A stretch of DNA of 64,000 nucleotides from Hemiscyllium ocellatum (lineage: Eukaryota), in contig NC_083435.1 in NCBI RefSeq assembly GCF_020745735.1, positions 35,632,121-35,696,120 of the forward strand, written 5' to 3'. This document shows positions 60,601 through 64,000 of the stretch, piece by piece (the first letter of the stretch is position 1; the number at the start of each line of letters is the position of its first letter). A program made the translations under genes and the position numbers. The notes beneath the pieces are model-generated. The model was not told where the DNA came from. It ran no database searches and worked only from the letters and a program-made list of their open reading frames with translations.

Positions 60601-62977
60601 GGTATACGTTCCAAGACCCACTGTGGAAATCTGAAACCGCGGATAGGTGTGAACCCATTCATTTCAATGGGAAACTTACTTTCCTGGCAGCCCCCCGGTC
60701 CCTGGTTCTGGAACGTTCCCTGTAAAATGTTCAGGCCGCAATAAACCGCGGGTAACTAAAACCAAGGAAACTAATTCCGCAGATATGGCGGTCACCCTTT
60801 ATTCCAAAAGTGGCCTAACAAATATCCTGTTCAGTTGCAACAAGACCTCCCAACTCCTGTACTCAACGCATTGACCAATAATAGCAAGCATACCAAACAC
60901 CTTCTTTACTACTGTCTACCTGCAACTCCACATTAAAGAAACTTCGAACCTGCACTCCGAGGTCTCTTTGTTCTTCAACACCTCTATCTTAACGTTTCAG
61001 AATTCTTCTACTGCAATTTCAGTTTGACACTTCCAGAGAACAAACCATGTTTCCAAACCAAGTTGGGAATATAAGGAAGGAAATACTCAGGAAGACCAGT
61101 ACTGAGTAAGTGCTACACTGTTCAAGAGTCACTACCATGGGAATGCTACACTCTCAGAGTTACAATACAGTGGGAACACTGCGTTGTTAGAGAATCAGTA
61201 CTGTGGGAAACACTGCAGATGCTGGAAATCAGAAACTAAAACAGAAATTGCTTGCAAAACTCAGCAGATCTGGCAGCATCTGTGGAGAGGAAGCAGAATT
61301 AATGTATCGGGTTCAGTGACCCTTCTTCAGAACTTCCAATGCTGCCAGACCTGCTAGTGTGTCAAAGGAACAACATTGATAAAGTGCGATGCTATCTGAG
61401 GCTTAGCACTGAGGGAACACTGCATTGTTGGTGGATCAGTATTGAGGGAATGCTACAGTGGCAGAGGGACAGTACTGAGGGAACACTGCATTGTTGGTGG
61501 GTCAGTATTGTGGGAATGCTACAGTGGCAGAGGGACAGTACTGAGGGAATAGTGCATTGTTGGTGGGTCAGTATTGTGGGAATGCTACAGTGGCAGAGGA
61601 GCAGTACTGAGGGAACACTGCATTGTTGGTGGGTCAGTATTGTGGGAATGCTAGCGTGGCAGAGGGACAGTACTGAGGGAACACTGCATTGTTGTGGGTC
61701 AGTATTGTGGGAATGCTATAGTTGCAGAGGGACGGTACTGAGTGAATAGTGCATTATCCGAGGGCCTATACAGAGTAAATAACAACACTGTCAGAGGACC
61801 AGTACAGTGGGAATTCTGTCGTGGCAGACAAACAGTACTGAGAGAAAGTGCACTATCAGAGGGTCAATACTGAGTAATTAGCCACACTGTAGGAGGACCA
61901 GGAATGGAGGAATTCTACAGTGGCAGTGGGTCAGTACTGAGGGAACAGTGCACTATCAGACAGCCAGTTCTAAGGAAATAGCTATACTGTACAAGGGTCA
62001 GTACTGTAGGAATGCTGTAATGTTAAGAGGAACAGTACTGAATAAGTGCCACACTGTCAAAGTGTCCATACTGCAGGAATGTCAAAATGTCAAAGGGACA
62101 GTATTAAGTGCGATACTTGAAGGGAGCTTGGCACCATTGGAGGCGTGGCCTTTCACACTGCTTCAACTTTAGACTGGGCCTTGCCCTAAGGGTAGACTTT
62201 GCCCTATAAGTGGAATTCTCGTCCTTTAATAGAATTACTTCAATCTTATATTCCTCAAGACTTCTCCCCGTACTAAATTGCCCATAATGTTCAGGGATGT
62301 GTAGGCTAGGCGCATTAGTCAGGGGAACTGTAGAGTATATGGGGTAGGGGAATGGGTTTGGGTGGACTACTCTTCGAAGGGTCGGTGTGGACTTGTTGGA
62401 CCGAATGGCCTATTTTCACACTGTTGTCGTATTCAAAACAAATTGAAAGATGGGTCAGGAAAGATTGCAAAAGTTCAGAAATTCTCCCACAGCGATCCAA
62501 TCGATGCGAAAACTAAAATTCTGGATTAGTGGTGCTGGAAGAGCACAGCAGTTCAGGCAGCATCCGAGATTTTACTGCTCCTTGGATACTGCCTGAACTG
62601 CCGTGCTTTTCCAGCACCACTTATCCAGAATCTGATTTCCAGCATCTGCAGTCATTGCTTTTACCTAGCGAAAACTAACATTGTCTACTTTCGATTTCTC
62701 CTGGCCTCTCTGACCTTCTCCACCCTGCTGTCAGGAGACCTGGACACAAATCCCATCAGAGTCTCCCAGACTGTGCTGCCTTCAATGTGTAAAAGATCAG
62801 GCTGGCTGTATAACAGGGGGCTGATCAAACATCCCCCATTTCAAACTCTCCCCAAGAGACTCACGTTCACCCCAGACACAGAGAGAGAGAGAGAGAGAGA
62901 ATGGAAAGCTGAATTCTGTACTTACCGGGAGAGACCCGGGAAAAACACAGGGAGATGGAGAGAAGGATCAGCAACAT
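35625..62977 (-). CDS. Gene B: MHC class I heavy chain, UDA-like, join complement(35625..35818,37407..37433,43617..43757,45298..45564,48036..48311,54637..54900,62926..62977), 406 aa
   Basis: Seven exons join in frame (52+264+276+267+141+27+194=1221 nt), all introns phase-1 GT-AG. Lineage name inferred from anchor residues only, so no symbol is assigned. Confidence 0.92.
36340..36582 (-). mobile_element. HE1-type SINE
   Basis: Consensus similarity. Confidence 0.82.
36630..37000 (+). mobile_element. CR1 3' end
   Basis: RNVFTQRVVNLWNSLP-type 3' region. Confidence 0.8.
37407..37433 (-). CDS. Gene B exon 6, 27-nt cytoplasmic microexon (GSESSGSST)
   Basis: Strong acceptor tttatttttcag and donor A|gtgagt, phase 1-1, Ser/Gly-rich like class I tail exons. 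Confidence 0.7.
37852..43168 (+). repeat. 33-bp satellite array with higher-order duplication, gene B intron 5
   Basis: ~5.3 kb; variant monomer strings recur at offsets of 2382 and 2217 nt. Confidence 0.95.
43617..43757 (-). CDS. Gene B exon 5, transmembrane and membrane-proximal tail
   Basis: EKGGSVVPGVIGAIIAFVLLIFCIGAGYYYMKHKDEVKKRFHSCFTH; acceptor ttctttcag, donor G|gtgaga. Confidence 0.92.
44655..44990 (+). mobile_element. DeuSINE-like (SacSINE1-type) element
   Basis: tRNA-like head (gggttcaaaccccgcc), Deu-domain-like ttaagagtctaatgatg...gtgactccagacccacagcaa, L2-like tail. Confidence 0.6.
45298..45564 (-). CDS. Gene B exon 4, alpha3 Ig C1-set domain
   Basis: LHCLVTGFYPRSINVTW...LPNHDGTYQ...HECHIDHSSLPAPLKITW; acceptor cacacag, donor G|gtaaga. 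Confidence 0.96.
45575..45628. repeat. (GA)n microsatellite forming the polypyrimidine tract of the gene B alpha3 acceptor
   Basis: (TC)n on the gene strand ends ~9 nt before the acceptor AG at 45565-45566. Confidence 0.9.
45965..47800. repeat. Second, unrelated 33-bp minisatellite (TGTGCTGTGTACAGTGCCCCGTGCCCTGCGTAC)n, gene B intron 3
   Basis: Tandem unit with truncated variants. Confidence 0.95.
48036..48311 (-). CDS. Gene B exon 3, alpha2 domain (276 nt)
   Basis: GLNYLQYTSGCEV...YAFNGQELISFD...WVAA..AVSTQNKW...QYTKRICVDWLNTY..YG..FLNRK; canonical AG/GT sites. Confidence 0.97.
48432..49080. mobile_element. Two HE1-type SINEs in opposite orientation (48432-48750 -, 48885-49080 +)
   Basis: Consensus similarity. 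Confidence 0.8.
49190..51540 (-). mobile_element. Degenerate CR1 LINE (endonuclease to RT/3' end) in gene B intron 2
   Basis: FPGPDGIYLRILKEASGEIAGAL and 3'-end motifs. Confidence 0.75.
50878..51171 (-). mobile_element. HE1-type SINE inside a CR1
   Basis: Consensus similarity. Confidence 0.85.
52090..53360 (+). mobile_element. Rex1/Babar-clade LINE fragment
   Basis: MKCFERLVM, DYSSTFNTTIP, LCNWIL..LT.RPQSVRIG, APQGCILSPL motifs. Confidence 0.8.
53927..54345. repeat. 55-bp tandem repeat (~7.5 copies), gene B intron 2
   Basis: cattacagac recurs at 53982, 54037, 54092 (period 55). Confidence 0.93.
54637..54900 (-). CDS. Gene B exon 2, alpha1 domain
   Basis: ESHSLRYYYISM...PEFIHVGVLDDVQITYFDS...PRQPWM...QYWEQET...IAQQRTNSSKQ; acceptor ctttgacag, donor G|gttagt. 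Confidence 0.97.
56415..56647. mobile_element. Short Penelope 3'-end hairpin insertion
   Basis: Two Neptune-type 3' ends on opposite strands; 8-bp direct repeat TAAATAGA at 56407-56414 and 56648-56655. Confidence 0.75.
57269..57872. mobile_element. Tc1/mariner-superfamily (Tc2-like) MITE with an HE1 SINE inside (57502-57758)
   Basis: TIR CCGTATATACTCGAGTATAAGTC and a degenerate inverted copy at 57848-57872; TA flanks. Confidence 0.7.
59845..60970 (-). mobile_element. CR1 3' fragments with a Tigger-like MITE (60577-~60800)
   Basis: LSYRERLNRLGLFSLE motif; TA|CAGTAGCCCCCC...TACGTTCCAAGACCC Tigger-type terminus. Confidence 0.7.
61095..62105 (+). repeat. Diverged 33-bp satellite, including a 66-bp dimer block (~61400-61720), gene B intron 1
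   Basis: agtactgagggaa..actg motifs; 22-aa repeat STEGTLHCWWVSIVGMLQWQRD. Confidence 0.8.
62272..62425 (+). mobile_element. HE1-type SINE, 3' half
   Basis: Tail region similarity. Confidence 0.7.
62517..62667. mobile_element. Short Penelope 3'-end hairpin insertion
   Basis: gtggtgctggaagagcacagcag...gtgctttccagcaccac inverted arms; 11-bp direct repeat GCGAAAACTAA at 62506-62516 and 62668-62678. Confidence 0.75.
62926..62977 (-). CDS. Gene B exon 1, signal peptide MLLILLSISLCFSRVSP
   Basis: Hydrophobic 17-mer, donor G|gtaagt, phase matches alpha1 (G+AA=Glu); TATA and SXY lie just upstream. Confidence 0.85.
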
Positions 62978-62997
62978 TCTGGGAATCCACTCTTCAT
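62968..62997 (-). promoter_or_regulatory. Out-of-frame upstream ORF (MKSGFPECC*) overlapping the gene B start codon
   Basis: ATG at 62997 is 20 nt upstream of the main ATG, downstream of the TATA box, with A at -3. Confidence 0.5.
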
Positions 62998-63052
62998 ATT
63001 CCAGTCAGGGGTTGGAAATAAAACACTCCGAGAGCGAACAAATCAATTGCTG

Positions 63053-63058
63053 TTTATA
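63053..63058 (-). promoter_or_regulatory. TATA box of gene B
   Basis: TATAAA on the minus strand ~75 nt upstream of the ATG, downstream of SXY. Confidence 0.55.
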
Positions 63059-63158
63059 AACCGGAAAACAAAAACCAAGTTTCCCGAAACACAATTTTTA
63101 GTTGAACTTCGACCATTTCCTGGTTGCAATCAGTAGCTGCTGAGACTCCGAAAACCAG

Positions 63159-63223
63159 CCAATTCCAGGGAGGAGCAGTGACTCGTCACCAGTTACCGGG
63201 CAGACAGATCTCAGACAGGTTAC
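63159..63223 (-). promoter_or_regulatory. SXY module (S, X1, X2, Y boxes) of gene B
   Basis: Minus strand: S GTAACCT (63217-63223), X1 CCCGGTAACTGGTG (63187-63200), X2 TGACGAGTCA (63179-63188), Y ATTGG (63159-63163); order and spacing match the MHC enhanceosome. Confidence 0.75.
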
Positions 63224-63715
63224 AATTCACACTCTGAGACGGGAACAGCGTTTGTACAGCCTCCTTCAGGCGGTAATAAGCGCATCAAGTCTCTTGAAGT
63301 GAATTTGACAAAGTCCCAAGCCACATTTTTCTCATTTCCCACCCTCCGTGTTACTGAGGGGTAGCCACAGGATGAACAGGGTCCCTGATTCCTCCCGGGG
63401 GAAAGAAGGCTGATTAAAGATTGATGGGAGGGTGTGGGCAGGGAGCGGGTTCGAGCCCAGCTTACTGAAGGTACAGCCCTCAGTGTGTGGGCTGATGGTA
63501 AGGTGGGATCATTGAGATGCCAGAATGAAATGGGGGGCAGGTACCTCAGAGGGGCCCAGAGGAGATCACAGAAACTACCAAAGGTAAAGGCATGGACAGA
63601 TTTGAACACCAGGATGAGAAGATTACAATCCACAGGTTGTTTACTGGGAACGAATCGGACGGCGGGAGGAGCCGAATTTAGCAACCTGGGTTCAATTCAG
63701 AGAATCCTGGACTGA

Positions 63716-64000
63716 TGGGTTAATGGAGTGGGTCATGTACAGAGAGGCCAGTGTGGGGGTTAATGGAGTGGATCTTGTACACTGAGCCCAGTGTGGGGGT
63801 TAATGGGGTGGGTCATGTACAGAGAGCCCAGTGTGGGGGTTAATGGAGTGGATCTTGTACACTGAGCCCAGTGTGGGGGTTAATGGGGTGGGTCATGTAC
63901 AGAGAGCCCAATGTGGGGTTAATGGAGTGGGTCATGTACAGGGAGCCCAGTGTGGGGGTTAATGGAGTGGGTCATGTACAGAGAGCCCAGTGTGAGGATT
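63716..64000. repeat. 40-bp tandem repeat with alternating variants, running off the window end
   Basis: taatggagtg at 63721, 63761; ggtcatgtacagag and gatcttgtacactg variants alternate. Confidence 0.93.

Overview
Eukaryotic genomic DNA, almost certainly from a shark (elasmobranch). The basis is ~16 HE1-type V-SINEs, a DeuSINE, and CR1, Penelope and Gmr1-type retroelements; a carpet/bamboo-shark origin is only inferred from the SINE tails. The window holds two spliced MHC class I heavy-chain genes in tandem on the minus strand, reconstructed here exon by exon with consistent splice phases. Gene B (CDS 62977->35625, 7 exons, 406 aa) keeps 8 of 9 peptide-terminus anchor residues. It has an SXY promoter module, an overlapping uORF and a ~90-aa Ser-rich tail, and best fits the nonclassical UDA-type lineage. 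Gene A (CDS 18646->6068, 5 coding exons, 319 aa) is much more divergent: a shortened alpha1, a hydrophobic alpha2 with CD1-like features and no C-terminal peptide anchors, an extra Cys pair, a GC-AG intron, no visible SXY, and a stop codon right at the end of its hydrophobic segment (candidate GPI-anchored, lipid-binding class I). The introns are inflated by distinct minisatellites (33, 36, 48, 33', 55 bp; a 40-bp array lies upstream of gene B) and by nested transposons. Penelope-like elements occur as inverted, TSD-flanked hairpin insertions whose termini carry minimal hammerhead-ribozyme motifs. All very long ORFs in the supplied track are tandem-repeat artefacts.
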